A stretch of 64,000 bases of DNA. Origin: a phage. Location: sequence record PZ386967.1; one strand, given 5' to 3'. The position numbers and the translations under genes were made by a program. Below the pieces are notes generated by a model. That model saw nothing but the letters and a program-made list of their open reading frames with translations. It ran no database searches and had not been told where the DNA came from. This document shows, in pieces, positions 53,781 to 63,962 of this stretch (position 1 is the first letter of the stretch; each line of letters opens with the position of its first letter).

Positions 53781-54000
53781 CAAGAAGTACATGTACAAGG
53801 TTCTGCTGAGCCTCGGGGTGTCACAATCTGGGCTGGCTCGTTTATTGGATTGTTCTAATGTTGTGAACTACTGGGCGAAGGGATATCGTGTTGTCCCCCG
53901 CTCCTTCCGTCGCTTCATCCTGGTGTTACAGTTCATCAAGAAGAAAGGGCTGATGGAAGAGTTATTGCAATTTATTAAAGAAGAGGAACGCAAATGCTAA
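53746..54000 (+). CDS. Helix-turn-helix DNA-binding protein
   Basis: VLLSLGVSQSGLARLLDCSNVVNYW resembles an XRE-type HTH. Confidence 0.45.
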   Translation: MSLRMKELPVNDKKYMYKVLLSLGVSQSGLARLLDCSNVVNYWAKGYRVVPRSFRRFILVLQFIKKKGLMEELLQFIKEEERKC

Positions 54001-54653
54001 CAGAGTGGCAGAAGATGGAGTTCGAGCGGGCGTTCAACGTTTACTGTGTCTTCATGGCGATCAAGCTGCACTTCACCACTAAGGACTTCGATTACAGCTT
54101 GTATGGGCCGATGAATTACAAGTTCGAGACGTTCTTGGCGAAGGAGGCCGTGTGCAAACAGTTTGCTCGCCTTGCCCGTCGGTTCGAGTCATCACAGGGT
54201 GAAGTGGTAGAGAACTACATCATTGCCAACTTCATCAAATCACCCAAGACCTGGGTGACGACATTGCTTACACGCCAGGCTCAGGCCAATTATGATGAAT
54301 ACCGTAAGCTGTACGAGAACTTCACATATAACTTCCTTGAGGAGTTCGAGCGGGAGATGATCCCTGCCATAAGGGAGCGCAACTGCACCTTCATTGAGTA
54401 CATCAAGGGGACGGGTACAGGCCATCCACCGTTGCTGACAGACATCATCATCAAGAAGTTCCCGATTTGGTTCCTTGTCGGTCTGAACAAGATCGTTGGT
54501 TTCATTCATCTATACGATACGATTCTGCGTGATGACATCTATTGGAACTCGGAGGCGTTCTTGCTCAGGAAGACGAATGCTGTGGTTCCGGATGAGGATA
54601 CCACATATTCAAAACAGAGACTCCGTGAGCTAATACAAGCCCACGGAATTTGA
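53994..54653 (+). CDS. Hypothetical protein; weak resemblance to gp59 helicase loader
   Basis: 219 aa, size and basic/aromatic composition comparable to T4 gp59; similarity not firm. Confidence 0.35.
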   Translation: MLTEWQKMEFERAFNVYCVFMAIKLHFTTKDFDYSLYGPMNYKFETFLAKEAVCKQFARLARRFESSQGEVVENYIIANFIKSPKTWVTTLLTRQAQANYDEYRKLYENFTYNFLEEFEREMIPAIRERNCTFIEYIKGTGTGHPPLLTDIIIKKFPIWFLVGLNKIVGFIHLYDTILRDDIYWNSEAFLLRKTNAVVPDEDTTYSKQRLRELIQAHGI

Positions 54654-56600
54654 TTACCATTCCCACAGGATGCGGGAATTATCTGTTTTGTTCTCAGGCT
54701 CAAGATATGAGCTGTTGAAGTTATTGGTCGTGTTGATCCTCTTAGAAGCATCCACATTCTGCTGTACTGGCATCACGACGCTGGCTGGAGGCGGTGAATA
54801 GCCGCCTTGTACTTGCTCAATATTAGACAGCGCCCTCCCTTGTGTTGGCATGGCCCCGCCCAGAGTACCACCCCCGATAGAACCATACGCAGCTTTCAGC
54901 TGAGAGGTGCGGTCATTAGTCATATTCTTGTCATCCGAAGACGCACCAGAAGGTATTGGAGTCAGCGTTTGTGGATCGATGTTCGGTTGTGCTGGCTTCT
55001 GTGGCTGCTGGGTCTCTGTCACATTAGGAGACGGATTCTCATCAGTGTCAATCAGCATAGACTGGCGAGCCTCATCCATCTTCTGCTTCGCAGCCTGTCC
55101 ACCCAGAGCGTCAGGGATGATGCTGACGAACTTGTCAACGATATCGAACATCGCATTGGTGATTGTGTTCAGCATGTTGAAGAAAGGTTTCTTCACATTT
55201 TCGGCAAATCCCTTCTTGATATCGTCAATGACCTTGTTGGCCACACCCATGCCCTCGTCGATCACACTACTGATACCCCCTGTGATCCAGTCTACCAGCT
55301 TTATCAACTCGGACTGTAGGTTGTCTGCTAACTTGCCAGGGATATCCGTAAGAGACGTGTCTCTCCCGATCCCTGCAAACAAGTCGTTGCTAATCCAGTC
55401 GATAATACCATTCAGCCAACGAGCGGGAGCCTCAGTGATCATGAGGGTGTATTTGCGCAGGGTTTCACCCGCCTCGGTATCAAAGCCAAAGATCTTGGAC
55501 ACCCAGTCAAATAGATCACCAAATCCACCAACCAGTTCTGATATCCCCGCCCGTACTCGGTCAACTATCGTGACAGCACCTTTACCCAGGATCTCCTTCG
55601 CATCAATGAAGCCTTTACCGAAGTCCCAGATCATAGACAGGAGAGCCAGTGGGCCGACTTTCAGGAACTTAAACACCTTCCCAAATGGACCCAGAAGTTT
55701 GGTGATACCTTCTCCCAGCTTGGAGAACATGCCGAGGAAAGTCCCGACAACACCACCGATGATCTTGAACGGCTTGAGCAAGAAGCCCTTCAGTGCATTC
55801 AGGCCAAGCATGGCCGCCACCGCCGCCCCGATACCGGAGGAATCGTCTTTCTGGTCATCGTCTTTGGGTATAACAGAACCCGCCTGAGGATGACCACCCG
55901 TTTCTTTGTCGGTTTCCCCACGGCGCATCTCGTCCTTCTCACGCCACTTCTGGTCTTCATCAAAGATGCGTGTCAACACTCCAACGATATGACCACCCGT
56001 GCGCCCAATCTTGTTTTCAATGCTAGACAAGCGAGTAAGGGTGTCATCGGAGTTCTTTTTCAGTTCAGCAACATCGTCACGAACCTCGATCATCACTCCG
56101 TCGATCATGTTCAAGAATGATCCCACGCGGACCAGAGACACACTCTGCTCGTCCATGCGCTTGAGGGTGTCATCATTGGCAGACTTCAGCTGGTCTGAGA
56201 TCAGGTTAAGATACTCCAGGGACGTGTCATCTGTTGGCATGCGGGTGATCTCACCGAGGCGGTCAATCTTGCCTGCGATATTCTCCAGTTCCCGATTGCC
56301 TTCGTTACCCACATCGACAGTATCCTTCATCCATACGCTGAAGTCGCGGGTGAAGATCGGAGACATGCGAGCGAATCCCATGACGATCTCATTGACTGTC
56401 GGGATACGGATTTCAAATGGCTTGGACTCGGCCTTGGTGCCCTGTTTAGTGGCAGATTCCAGCTTGGCCAGATTCTTGTTCATCCGGTCAAGCTGTCTGT
56501 TGGTTTCATTCTGAGCGCGGAGTTGTTTGCGCTGCATCATCTCCGCCTTGATCTTGTCTAGAACTTTGACAACATCATTGTTCGTTGCTTCCTGTGCCAT
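54654..56600 (-). CDS. 29: Tail tape-measure / baseplate hub protein gp29-like
   Basis: 648 aa with central Gly-rich hydrophobic repeats and N-terminal coiled coil; downstream of hub gene on same strand. Confidence 0.6.
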   Translation of the reverse strand: MAQEATNNDVVKVLDKIKAEMMQRKQLRAQNETNRQLDRMNKNLAKLESATKQGTKAESKPFEIRIPTVNEIVMGFARMSPIFTRDFSVWMKDTVDVGNEGNRELENIAGKIDRLGEITRMPTDDTSLEYLNLISDQLKSANDDTLKRMDEQSVSLVRVGSFLNMIDGVMIEVRDDVAELKKNSDDTLTRLSSIENKIGRTGGHIVGVLTRIFDEDQKWREKDEMRRGETDKETGGHPQAGSVIPKDDDQKDDSSGIGAAVAAMLGLNALKGFLLKPFKIIGGVVGTFLGMFSKLGEGITKLLGPFGKVFKFLKVGPLALLSMIWDFGKGFIDAKEILGKGAVTIVDRVRAGISELVGGFGDLFDWVSKIFGFDTEAGETLRKYTLMITEAPARWLNGIIDWISNDLFAGIGRDTSLTDIPGKLADNLQSELIKLVDWITGGISSVIDEGMGVANKVIDDIKKGFAENVKKPFFNMLNTITNAMFDIVDKFVSIIPDALGGQAAKQKMDEARQSMLIDTDENPSPNVTETQQPQKPAQPNIDPQTLTPIPSGASSDDKNMTNDRTSQLKAAYGSIGGGTLGGAMPTQGRALSNIEQVQGGYSPPPASVVMPVQQNVDASKRINTTNNFNSSYLEPENKTDNSRILWEW

Positions 56601-56611
56601 GGGTCACCTCG

Positions 56612-58000
56612 TTAAACCTTCTGTGCTTGGCCTTTCTCAATCGCCTGAGGAGTAGTGGTGGAAGCAGTTGTCTGATTGGTCTGAGGTGGAAGCACCTGCT
56701 CCAGCAAACTGTCCTTGGCAATCTCAGCGATGCACTGATAATCTTTGGTCAGGCGGGAAATTTTGTGACGCACTTTGGTCACGATATAGTGGCCTGTCGA
56801 TAGCTTACTTAACTCTGCCAGGTTTTCGTTCTTCTTAGGACGGTTGGACTGGTCTTCGACGTAGAACACCTGACCGACGTTCAGGCGGTTATCACCAACG
56901 AGCAACACGCGCATCACAGTGCTGGCAAGACTGAAGTTGATAACACGACGAGCATAATCAATCTGCTCCGCTCCATCCGGCTGGGCTTCAATGTAACGGA
57001 CGTTCTGACGATTGAATTCATCTGAGAACATCGGGAACGGATCAAGGTGAGCCGTCTCTGCAAACCACTCAGTATAGATGCGCTGTGTTGGGGTGACTGT
57101 CTTGGTCTCAAAGTCGTAGACGCGCTCGTTCACCGCCAGGACATCGCGGTAGTTTGCCATAAATTGGTCACGCGTCAGCTTCTTCTCTGCCTTGATGATC
57201 GTGCGCATAAAGCGCTCAGAGTTGAAGTTGTTATCCTGCATGAGCGGTGCGTCCTGAGGATCACGGAATAACTTGTTCTGCTGAGCCAGTTCCTGCTTCT
57301 CTTCTGCCGTCAATGACTGGCTGCCCTGGTTGAACAACGTCGTCAGGCTCTTGAAGTGATAGCCATTGAAGTCTTCATAGAAAACGAATGGCATGAACAA
57401 TTCGTCATAAGAACGGCTCGCCATATAATCAATAGATCGCAGCACAGGCCAGAGCGGGGTGGCGAACCGCTCTTGAATTCCATACGACGGGTCGATGTCT
57501 TCGAACTTGGTGCGCGACTCCAACTGATTGAAGATTGCCTTCGCCATGTCAGAATACGAACCGTCGAGACCGAGGGAGCATCGGATCATGCTGTCCTTAT
57601 AGGCATCGGTGGTCACCATGTGCAACCAGAATGCTTTCTTGGACGAGCTGTTGGACTCATCAGCTACGCGCCCAACACGCGCTACGCGCAGGGAGAGAGT
57701 GGTGTATTCCGAGGCCGCCGGACTCTTGAATGACACCACAACTTCTTCACCACCCAAGATAGGCATTGTGTCAAGAATGTCCCACCCTTCTTTTATCAAG
57801 ACATTGGCTGTAAGTGATGGAGATGACTTCCCTTCAAGACCCAGATCCTGGAATACGTTGAACTCCTCAAACAACGCCGTCAGGTCATATGGCGTTGGTG
57901 ATCCGCCCTGGGGTGTATGAGGGAGTATCGCCATATACTTCAGGTCAAATGTTGTTGACGGTGTTACAATACCGTCTTGGGTCTCTCTGTTTTCGATCAT
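56612..58000 (-). CDS. 27: Baseplate hub subunit gp27-like
   Basis: Position immediately upstream of the tape-measure gene; assignment by context. Confidence 0.45.
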   Translation of the reverse strand: MIENRETQDGIVTPSTTFDLKYMAILPHTPQGGSPTPYDLTALFEEFNVFQDLGLEGKSSPSLTANVLIKEGWDILDTMPILGGEEVVVSFKSPAASEYTTLSLRVARVGRVADESNSSSKKAFWLHMVTTDAYKDSMIRCSLGLDGSYSDMAKAIFNQLESRTKFEDIDPSYGIQERFATPLWPVLRSIDYMASRSYDELFMPFVFYEDFNGYHFKSLTTLFNQGSQSLTAEEKQELAQQNKLFRDPQDAPLMQDNNFNSERFMRTIIKAEKKLTRDQFMANYRDVLAVNERVYDFETKTVTPTQRIYTEWFAETAHLDPFPMFSDEFNRQNVRYIEAQPDGAEQIDYARRVINFSLASTVMRVLLVGDNRLNVGQVFYVEDQSNRPKKNENLAELSKLSTGHYIVTKVRHKISRLTKDYQCIAEIAKDSLLEQVLPPQTNQTTASTTTPQAIEKGQAQKV

Positions 58001-58551
58001 TTCGCCAACTCCTGCTCCAGCTGATTGACAAACGAAGACACATAATCTGGGTCGAGTACTTGGATGTTCCGTTTGGCTTCATTCTTACTGATTGCATCAT
58101 CATGGTATGAAACTGCCGTCAGACCATAGTTAGCAATTATGGACGGCTCATCTAGGTCTAGGTTATATGCAAATTTGATAGCACGGGCGTCGGTCACATT
58201 GTTGAACTGGTCGACATAATAGGCTGTATCCCACATACCATCGATGCCGTAATCTGCAGTCAGTTCTTCAACAATACGGCGTTCCGGTTTCGGCCAGTCC
58301 TTATTGATGTCCATGATGCCGTTTATCAGACAAGGTATCCAAAACAACTCGAAGGATCCGTAAACGCGTTCTGCGAAAGACCTTGGGGTTTCCCCATCTT
58401 GGATCGTATACGGCAGGAGAAGTCCTTCGATGTCCTTAATTTTCTGTAAGATCATCACCCGGCGCGTTAAGTTCTGTAACAGCACCTGATCATTCTCTTG
58501 GACATCTTGCAATTGATGCCAAACAAGTGGAAACTTCTCAAAATATTTCAT
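57997..58551 (-). CDS. Baseplate hub-associated protein (gp51/gp28-like by position)
   Basis: Overlapping start/stop with flanking hub genes. Confidence 0.4.
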   Translation of the reverse strand: MKYFEKFPLVWHQLQDVQENDQVLLQNLTRRVMILQKIKDIEGLLLPYTIQDGETPRSFAERVYGSFELFWIPCLINGIMDINKDWPKPERRIVEELTADYGIDGMWDTAYYVDQFNNVTDARAIKFAYNLDLDEPSIIANYGLTAVSYHDDAISKNEAKRNIQVLDPDYVSSFVNQLEQELAK

Positions 58552-58562
58552 GGCATCCTCTC

Positions 58563-59531
58563 TTAGAAGCTATCGCCTTCGGTTTCAAAGCGCCCTTTGT
58601 GTAGAGGCTCCAGTTCGATGAAGGTCATGTCAACCTGCGTGGACACGATACCATCATCTTTGTGAACCGCGTATGAACTGTCCGGCGTCTCGTTGACGAA
58701 CATGTTGGAAAGTACACAAGTGGAGATGCGGTGCAGCCACTGGTTACGCTCCCCATTGACCATGAACGTAATGTCGAATGTTGAAGGATGCAAGTAAAAC
58801 GCGCTGGAATTCTTGTTGTACTTGTACTCTGGGTACATATGCATCTTGAACATGCGGATGATCTCACGGACCATCTTGGCTTCCTTCTGAGATCGCGGCG
58901 TGAATTTGAATGTAAATGGAATCTCACGGTTGCGAACACCCTGGAAGATCATCTCCACATATGGGTTGGTCATGGTGCCTGTGAACAACTCAAGGGTGTC
59001 ATGAGCGTTAATGCTCGGCAGGAATGGAATAGCCTCCGACGCAGATTGGATAGCCTTGGTGGCAGCGAATCGCCCCATCTCCTTCCCGACGTTGAGCGCA
59101 TCACCCAGTTTAAACTGAGTCATGTCTTGGGCGGCGCGGGAAAGGAACTGTGCCCCCATACCAGCCAGCCCCAGCTCGCTACCGTTCCAGCCAACACCAT
59201 AGTTGGTTGTAATGGACTCCGGCATACACAGAACAATAGATTCGTTCGAACGAACGTGACGCGCCCATGCATATTTGGTGATGGAACCAGACTTGGACCC
59301 ATAGACCACAGGAGTATTCCCCAGAGGGTTCTGTATTGGGTTCTCGATAGTCTGAGTAGCCGTGTTGCCATAAGATGAACCGGAGATGCGGTTGATGTTG
59401 AATAGGACATAGTGTCCCAAGGTCTTACCCCCAGTAACGTCTAGGGGATAAGACAATTGCTTCTGAGCCTGGGACAATCCCTTCGTGTTCAGAACCTTGA
59501 TCTTATCGATTGTCTTCTTGAAGTCGGCCAT
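58563..59531 (-). CDS. Late structural protein, baseplate/tail-tube junction candidate (gp48/gp54-like)
   Basis: First gene of the minus-strand late operon after divergent promoter region. Confidence 0.45.
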   Translation of the reverse strand: MADFKKTIDKIKVLNTKGLSQAQKQLSYPLDVTGGKTLGHYVLFNINRISGSSYGNTATQTIENPIQNPLGNTPVVYGSKSGSITKYAWARHVRSNESIVLCMPESITTNYGVGWNGSELGLAGMGAQFLSRAAQDMTQFKLGDALNVGKEMGRFAATKAIQSASEAIPFLPSINAHDTLELFTGTMTNPYVEMIFQGVRNREIPFTFKFTPRSQKEAKMVREIIRMFKMHMYPEYKYNKNSSAFYLHPSTFDITFMVNGERNQWLHRISTCVLSNMFVNETPDSSYAVHKDDGIVSTQVDMTFIELEPLHKGRFETEGDSF

Positions 59532-59581
59532 GGTCTCAGCCCTTAAATAGATAGAGTGTTATGGCTATTTAGGACTAGATT
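59532..59581. promoter_or_regulatory. Divergent late promoter region with TAAATAG inverted repeat
   Basis: 50 bp gap containing TAAATAG ... CTATTTA, close to the TATAAATA late-promoter octamer on each strand. Confidence 0.4.
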
Positions 59582-60196
59582 ATGAGCAACTATCTTCAGG
59601 GGAAGTACACCCCGGTTAATCCCAAGAAGTATCAGGGGAATGTGAATAACATCATCTTCCGCTCTTCGCTGGAGTTGGTGGCTTTCAAGTTCTGTGATAT
59701 GAACTCCGCGATAGTGAAGTGGTCTAGTGAGGAGACCGTAATCCCTTACATTTCCCCAGTCGACGGGCGCACCCATCGTTACTTCATGGACCTCAAGGTC
59801 TGGACGCGCCGTGAAGGGCAAGAGGAACTACAGGTCACCCTCATTGAGATCAAGCCCAAAGACCAGATCAAGCAGCCGAAGAAGACTCCGAACATGAAGG
59901 AGTCGACATTCAACAATGCGATGCGAACCTGGTTGGTCAATTCTGCCAAGTGGGAGGCCACCCGCGAACTGTGTGCCAAGAAGAACTGGAAGTTCATTAT
60001 CTGGACCGAAGAGCATCTTGTTCCAGGTGAAGATCCGGATGTTCGTAAACAGTTTGAGCTGAAGTCGAAAAAGAAACGGGATATGGAGATGCAAGATCGC
60101 CGACATGCCGAACGTGTCAGGGTGCTGAAGGAACAGATGCGGAAGGAGATTAAACCCGCCCCAACGGAGCGGGATGATGGACTTCTATTACCTTAA
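59582..60196 (+). CDS. Hypothetical late protein with PD-(D/E)XK-like motif; possible head-completion nuclease-like
   Basis: FMDLKVW ... LIEIKPK resembles D ... ExK nuclease core; basic C-terminal tail. Confidence 0.4.
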   Translation: MSNYLQGKYTPVNPKKYQGNVNNIIFRSSLELVAFKFCDMNSAIVKWSSEETVIPYISPVDGRTHRYFMDLKVWTRREGQEELQVTLIEIKPKDQIKQPKKTPNMKESTFNNAMRTWLVNSAKWEATRELCAKKNWKFIIWTEEHLVPGEDPDVRKQFELKSKKKRDMEMQDRRHAERVRVLKEQMRKEIKPAPTERDDGLLLP

Positions 60197-60201
60197 CTAC
60201 C

Positions 60202-60414
60202 TTAACTTCTTTTGTGGCCAGGGGCGTAGCAGGTATGCCTGTCGCGCCCGATTTGCCAGCCGTCTGCTCGCGCCTGTTTGACACAATCACCCCAAGTCTC
60301 ACCAGTGTATTGTTTGAACCCGCACTTGGGGTGATGCTCTTCCCAAGCCCAACTGCATGCCTTGCAATCTGAGCATTCACAATAAAGATCGATGGTGTAA
60401 CCTGAAATGATCAT
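60202..60414 (-). CDS. Cys-rich small protein
   Basis: 8 Cys in 70 aa. Confidence 0.4.
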   Translation of the reverse strand: MIISGYTIDLYCECSDCKACSWAWEEHHPKCGFKQYTGETWGDCVKQARADGWQIGRDRHTCYAPGHKRS

Positions 60415-60416
60415 AA

Positions 60417-60824
60417 TCAGTCTTCTAGGTGATCGTAGATCTTCTGACGGAACGCATTACCACCAGCACAACCCTTGGCCAGCAGGTGGGTGCCGCCCGT
60501 ACCGATCACGCTGATTGTTGAGAAGCCCAAGATACGGCCTGTGATGGACTGATCAACCTTCACTGTCTCCACCTTACCGATGCGCAACTCATCAGCATCA
60601 CGACGGATGAAACCACGTTTGACGATGACACGCTTATTAGTCACAGCGAATTCAGTTGTCAATACATTTAAAATTGTTGGTATCAGAAATAACAAGCTGA
60701 ATCCAAATGTTGGGATAAACGTTAAAATAACCAGAACGTAAATCCAAAAACCGCTCCACCAGGTCGGGCGGGTGAAGGCAATAACGTGCTCGTCTTTGCC
60801 GAGCATACGATCTACATAACGCAT
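60417..60824 (-). CDS. Bacterial PH-domain (YdbT/DUF304-like) membrane protein
   Basis: N-terminal TM hairpin followed by FAVTNKRVIVKRGFIRRD, characteristic of bPH_2 proteins. Confidence 0.5.
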   Translation of the reverse strand: MRYVDRMLGKDEHVIAFTRPTWWSGFWIYVLVILTFIPTFGFSLLFLIPTILNVLTTEFAVTNKRVIVKRGFIRRDADELRIGKVETVKVDQSITGRILGFSTISVIGTGGTHLLAKGCAGGNAFRQKIYDHLED

Positions 60825-60834
60825 GATAAATTCC

Positions 60835-61344
60835 TTATTTGTCAGGGTTCACTAAAACAGGGGTGGATACCAGTTCGCCGTTCTTCACAGAATGCTGGAC
60901 TACAACAAACTGATCGACCATGCGATATACTTCAATTCCAGCAGCCAGCATGTCAATAATGCCGTCTATGATACGATATGGTCGGTCATAGAACACTTTA
61001 GCGATCTTGCCACTGTCGATAATACGACGGGTGCACTCTGGGCATGGACTATGAGTGACAAACATCACTAGGCCACAACAGTCTTCAGTGTGCTGGGGGA
61101 GTTTGCTCAGAGCATTCTCCTCGGCGTGGATAACACCCACCGATACCAGTTGACCGTCTACTTCCTTCTCACAGACATTAGGAGCGCCAGGAGCAGTCCC
61201 GTTCCAACCGATAGACAGGGGCTGGTCAACACGCGGGTCAACGATAACACAGCCGACCTTCAGGCGCTGGGCATAGCTGGACAGGGCGTATGCATGAGCC
61301 GAGCGCATATGCGCAAATAACATACGGGGTTTGATAGCCATCAC
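60835..61344 (-). CDS. cd: dCMP deaminase
   Basis: Zinc-binding HAEENAL and SPCPEC motifs. Confidence 0.8.
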   Translation of the reverse strand: MMAIKPRMLFAHMRSAHAYALSSYAQRLKVGCVIVDPRVDQPLSIGWNGTAPGAPNVCEKEVDGQLVSVGVIHAEENALSKLPQHTEDCCGLVMFVTHSPCPECTRRIIDSGKIAKVFYDRPYRIIDGIIDMLAAGIEVYRMVDQFVVVQHSVKNGELVSTPVLVNPDK

Positions 61345-61655
61345 ATCACCAGTTTCTTTTCAAGGAGGAAGATCATGTCGTCTTGGTCTGCACGACCAAA
61401 GATCTGACCCATGGCGACCATCTGGTGGACTTCCCTGACAATGATTTCTTTACCAGGAGTAACTTCATCCAGGTCCATGATAGTGCTGACGCGGTCTACC
61501 ATGCGCGGCGGGTGATTAATGTAGCGCTGCAGGTACTTCTCGCGAGTGGCAATCAGGTTGTTCAGCTCGGAGATTTCAGACTCTTCTTCTGAGAAGCGCT
61601 TTTCCTTCGCCTGCAGTTCAGCCAGGCGCTCATACATTTCTTTTAATGGGGTCAT
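61341..61655 (-). CDS. Hypothetical protein
   Basis: Stop/start overlap with dCMP deaminase gene. Confidence 0.45.
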   Translation of the reverse strand: MTPLKEMYERLAELQAKEKRFSEEESEISELNNLIATREKYLQRYINHPPRMVDRVSTIMDLDEVTPGKEIIVREVHQMVAMGQIFGRADQDDMIFLLEKKLVM

Positions 61656-61724
61656 TTCCGGTTCCTCTTAATAAACGAAGGGAAGTATATACTCCCCCTT
61701 CTTCAATAACCGCTGAATCTTTAT

Positions 61725-62054
61725 TCAGAGATAAGATTTACCGAGTTCGGTCAGGCGATAGAACGTCACCTCAGTGTTCGGCCAGTTCACGTAAGAACCG
61801 TCATGAACCATTGAGCCAGCTGGTTCGATCAACCCCTTGGCGAGCAGGGAAGCCCCAGTGCGGGGGTTGCCTTTGACGGAGGTGAAACCACCAGCGTTCG
61901 GGCATACCTGGAACGTCCAGACGGTGTTGCCCTTGTCATTGGTCCAGGATTTGGGATGAAAGTACCATTCACCATAACGGTAATGACCTTTCTCAAAGTT
62001 CAACATTCCTAAAAGGACGCAGAGTTGATGTCCTGTGATGCGCGGCTTTTTCAT
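61725..62054 (-). CDS. Hypothetical protein
   Basis: Start trimmed to MKKPRITGH. Confidence 0.45.
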   Translation of the reverse strand: MKKPRITGHQLCVLLGMLNFEKGHYRYGEWYFHPKSWTNDKGNTVWTFQVCPNAGGFTSVKGNPRTGASLLAKGLIEPAGSMVHDGSYVNWPNTEVTFYRLTELGKSYL

Positions 62055-62368
62055 GACAATACTCCTTTCAGAGCTAAAACGGAAAGCACACCAATAATCA
62101 ACCATGTCGGGATAATTGGCTTGCAGTTCATGTGGGTTTCTCCACCTTCGATGTTCGGGCTTCCTTGTATAAGAACGTGTTCACAGGAAGCTCTGAACGT
62201 CATTACACAGCCCATCAACACAATTGGCCTGATATAATAACCCGTTTTAGTTTGCTTCACGATACATGGAGAGGAGAAGCGCAGATATGGATCCCCTTTC
62301 CGGTAGCCTGTGATTGTGACCTTCTGCACTTCAGAAGGCACTTTTTGGCCAGGAAAATAAATTTTCAT
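62051..62368 (-). CDS. Hypothetical protein with C-terminal TM anchor
   Basis: C-terminal hydrophobic tail [15 protein letters not shown]. Confidence 0.45.
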   Translation of the reverse strand: MKIYFPGQKVPSEVQKVTITGYRKGDPYLRFSSPCIVKQTKTGYYIRPIVLMGCVMTFRASCEHVLIQGSPNIEGGETHMNCKPIIPTWLIIGVLSVLALKGVLS

Positions 62369-62925
62369 ATTTCAATCCCCAGATTGGTGTATAACAACTC
62401 AGACAGGGTTACAGGACGCTTGAATTGTTCCCAGCTGCAGTTCAGGTATTCGCGCTCTTCACGCATTTCACCGTGAAGATGGCCATGGATATTATACGCC
62501 CAGCGGTCTAATTGATAAGGAACGTGAGTGGTCAGCACACGACCAACCGGAGTATCACGCTCATACATCGCACCAAAGGAGCTAATCCATCCCTCTTGAT
62601 ACAGCTGCATCAACATCTTGAATTTGTCATGGTTGCCTTGCGCCACCCTGATGATAAAGTTCGGTCGCCAGTCATCAGGGACGGGGCGGCGCTTGAACTC
62701 ATCAATATTCCGCTTGGCACCCTCGCGCATCAGGCGAATGAACCCCTCAGCCCCGATGAAGCAGATGTCCCCAGCCAGTTCAAGGACGTCTCGGGACTTC
62801 AGCCCCTGAAAGATACTGTCGATAACTGCAGCATCATGTGCCTCTTGGGTATCGAACCCACGGGGCTTGAAGATCTTCTTGTGTCCGAGGTGAGTGTCGC
62901 CCAGATACTTTACAATTCCTGCCAT
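62365..62925 (-). CDS. Calcineurin-like metallophosphoesterase
   Basis: GDTHLGH, GNHD and HGHLH motifs; start trimmed to [10 protein letters not shown]. Confidence 0.7.
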   Translation of the reverse strand: MAGIVKYLGDTHLGHKKIFKPRGFDTQEAHDAAVIDSIFQGLKSRDVLELAGDICFIGAEGFIRLMREGAKRNIDEFKRRPVPDDWRPNFIIRVAQGNHDKFKMLMQLYQEGWISSFGAMYERDTPVGRVLTTHVPYQLDRWAYNIHGHLHGEMREEREYLNCSWEQFKRPVTLSELLYTNLGIEI

Positions 62926-63353
62926 TATGGTCTCCTCAACCATTCTAAAATCGGTACGTTCACAAACCCTTTATGCCAGCGATGGGGTTTATGGCCTCTG
63001 TTGTGTTCGAGCAAACACGTATCCGGTGGGACACTGAAGTGGATGCCTTCGATGTCGTAGTAATGCCCATCAATCAGAGTATACACATGACCTTCGGTCT
63101 GACTGTAATGGATCTCTGCTTGGGGATACACGTGCTTCAGAAGTAGAGCAACCTGGTAACACTTCCCGTTCTTCCCCACGTACTCGACATCCACCTGTTG
63201 TGGAAACACATCTTTGATAAGGTTTATCAATCTCGTGATGTCATTTACGACAACCGAACGTTTCATATCACCTCTCCCGAGGATTCGTTGGTGAACCAAT
63301 GATACTCTATCCCGGATATAGAAAAGCCCCTCACGGGGCTTGATCGTCTTCAT
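62925..63353 (-). CDS. Hypothetical protein
   Basis: 142 aa ORF; start uncertain. Confidence 0.4.
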   Translation of the reverse strand: MKTIKPREGLFYIRDRVSLVHQRILGRGDMKRSVVVNDITRLINLIKDVFPQQVDVEYVGKNGKCYQVALLLKHVYPQAEIHYSQTEGHVYTLIDGHYYDIEGIHFSVPPDTCLLEHNRGHKPHRWHKGFVNVPILEWLRRP

Positions 63354-63633
63354 CAGGGAATATACGCCATCGACCTATTCCATACCACTCACCGATAGAG
63401 TTCCATGTCCTTTCCCCAGGCCAGCCGCCGACCGAGTAGTAATGCGTCACCAGCCGCCAGTAAGGAAGAGAGGCCGTGTTCACGCCGCCGTCGGCCTTTA
63501 GGCAGGCCAAGTACCAATTCGTGAGACTGAACGCCTGAAATAACGGATGAAGGAACATGAAGTACAGGTAGCCCAATATGGCTGTGAATACCCCAGCTGT
63601 TACGATCACACCGATGACAGTGAATACAATCAT
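63331..63633 (-). CDS. Membrane protein
   Basis: N-terminal hydrophobic segments. Confidence 0.4.
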   Translation of the reverse strand: MIVFTVIGVIVTAGVFTAILGYLYFMFLHPLFQAFSLTNWYLACLKADGGVNTASLPYWRLVTHYYSVGGWPGERTWNSIGEWYGIGRWRIFPDEDDQAP

Positions 63634-63962
63634 CCCACAACCTCCAGACCCATCAGATCTTCCATGGTCTTCTGAATACGCAGCCAGTCAAGCGCAGCGT
63701 CATAACGAGGGTCATGATAGACCATACCTTCCAGTTCCCACGCCTTGATACCAGCATACCGATCCTGCTGTCCAACACCCTTCAGCCAACTCACGATGTC
63801 GAAGGTGTGGTGGTAGTCCCAAGGCTCGTTGGAGTCCTGCTTACATGTCACCTCAATGATGTGCTGAGCCTTGCGCAGATCAAACAGGTTGCGATCACAC
63901 CAGTCGACCGAGCGCGGGTCTACCCCAAGACGATGACAACCCTTGCGGATTTCATCGGCCAA
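63630..63962 (-). CDS. Hypothetical protein
   Basis: 110 aa ORF with overlapping stop/start to downstream gene. Confidence 0.4.
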   Translation of the reverse strand: MADEIRKGCHRLGVDPRSVDWCDRNLFDLRKAQHIIEVTCKQDSNEPWDYHHTFDIVSWLKGVGQQDRYAGIKAWELEGMVYHDPRYDAALDWLRIQKTMEDLMGLEVVG

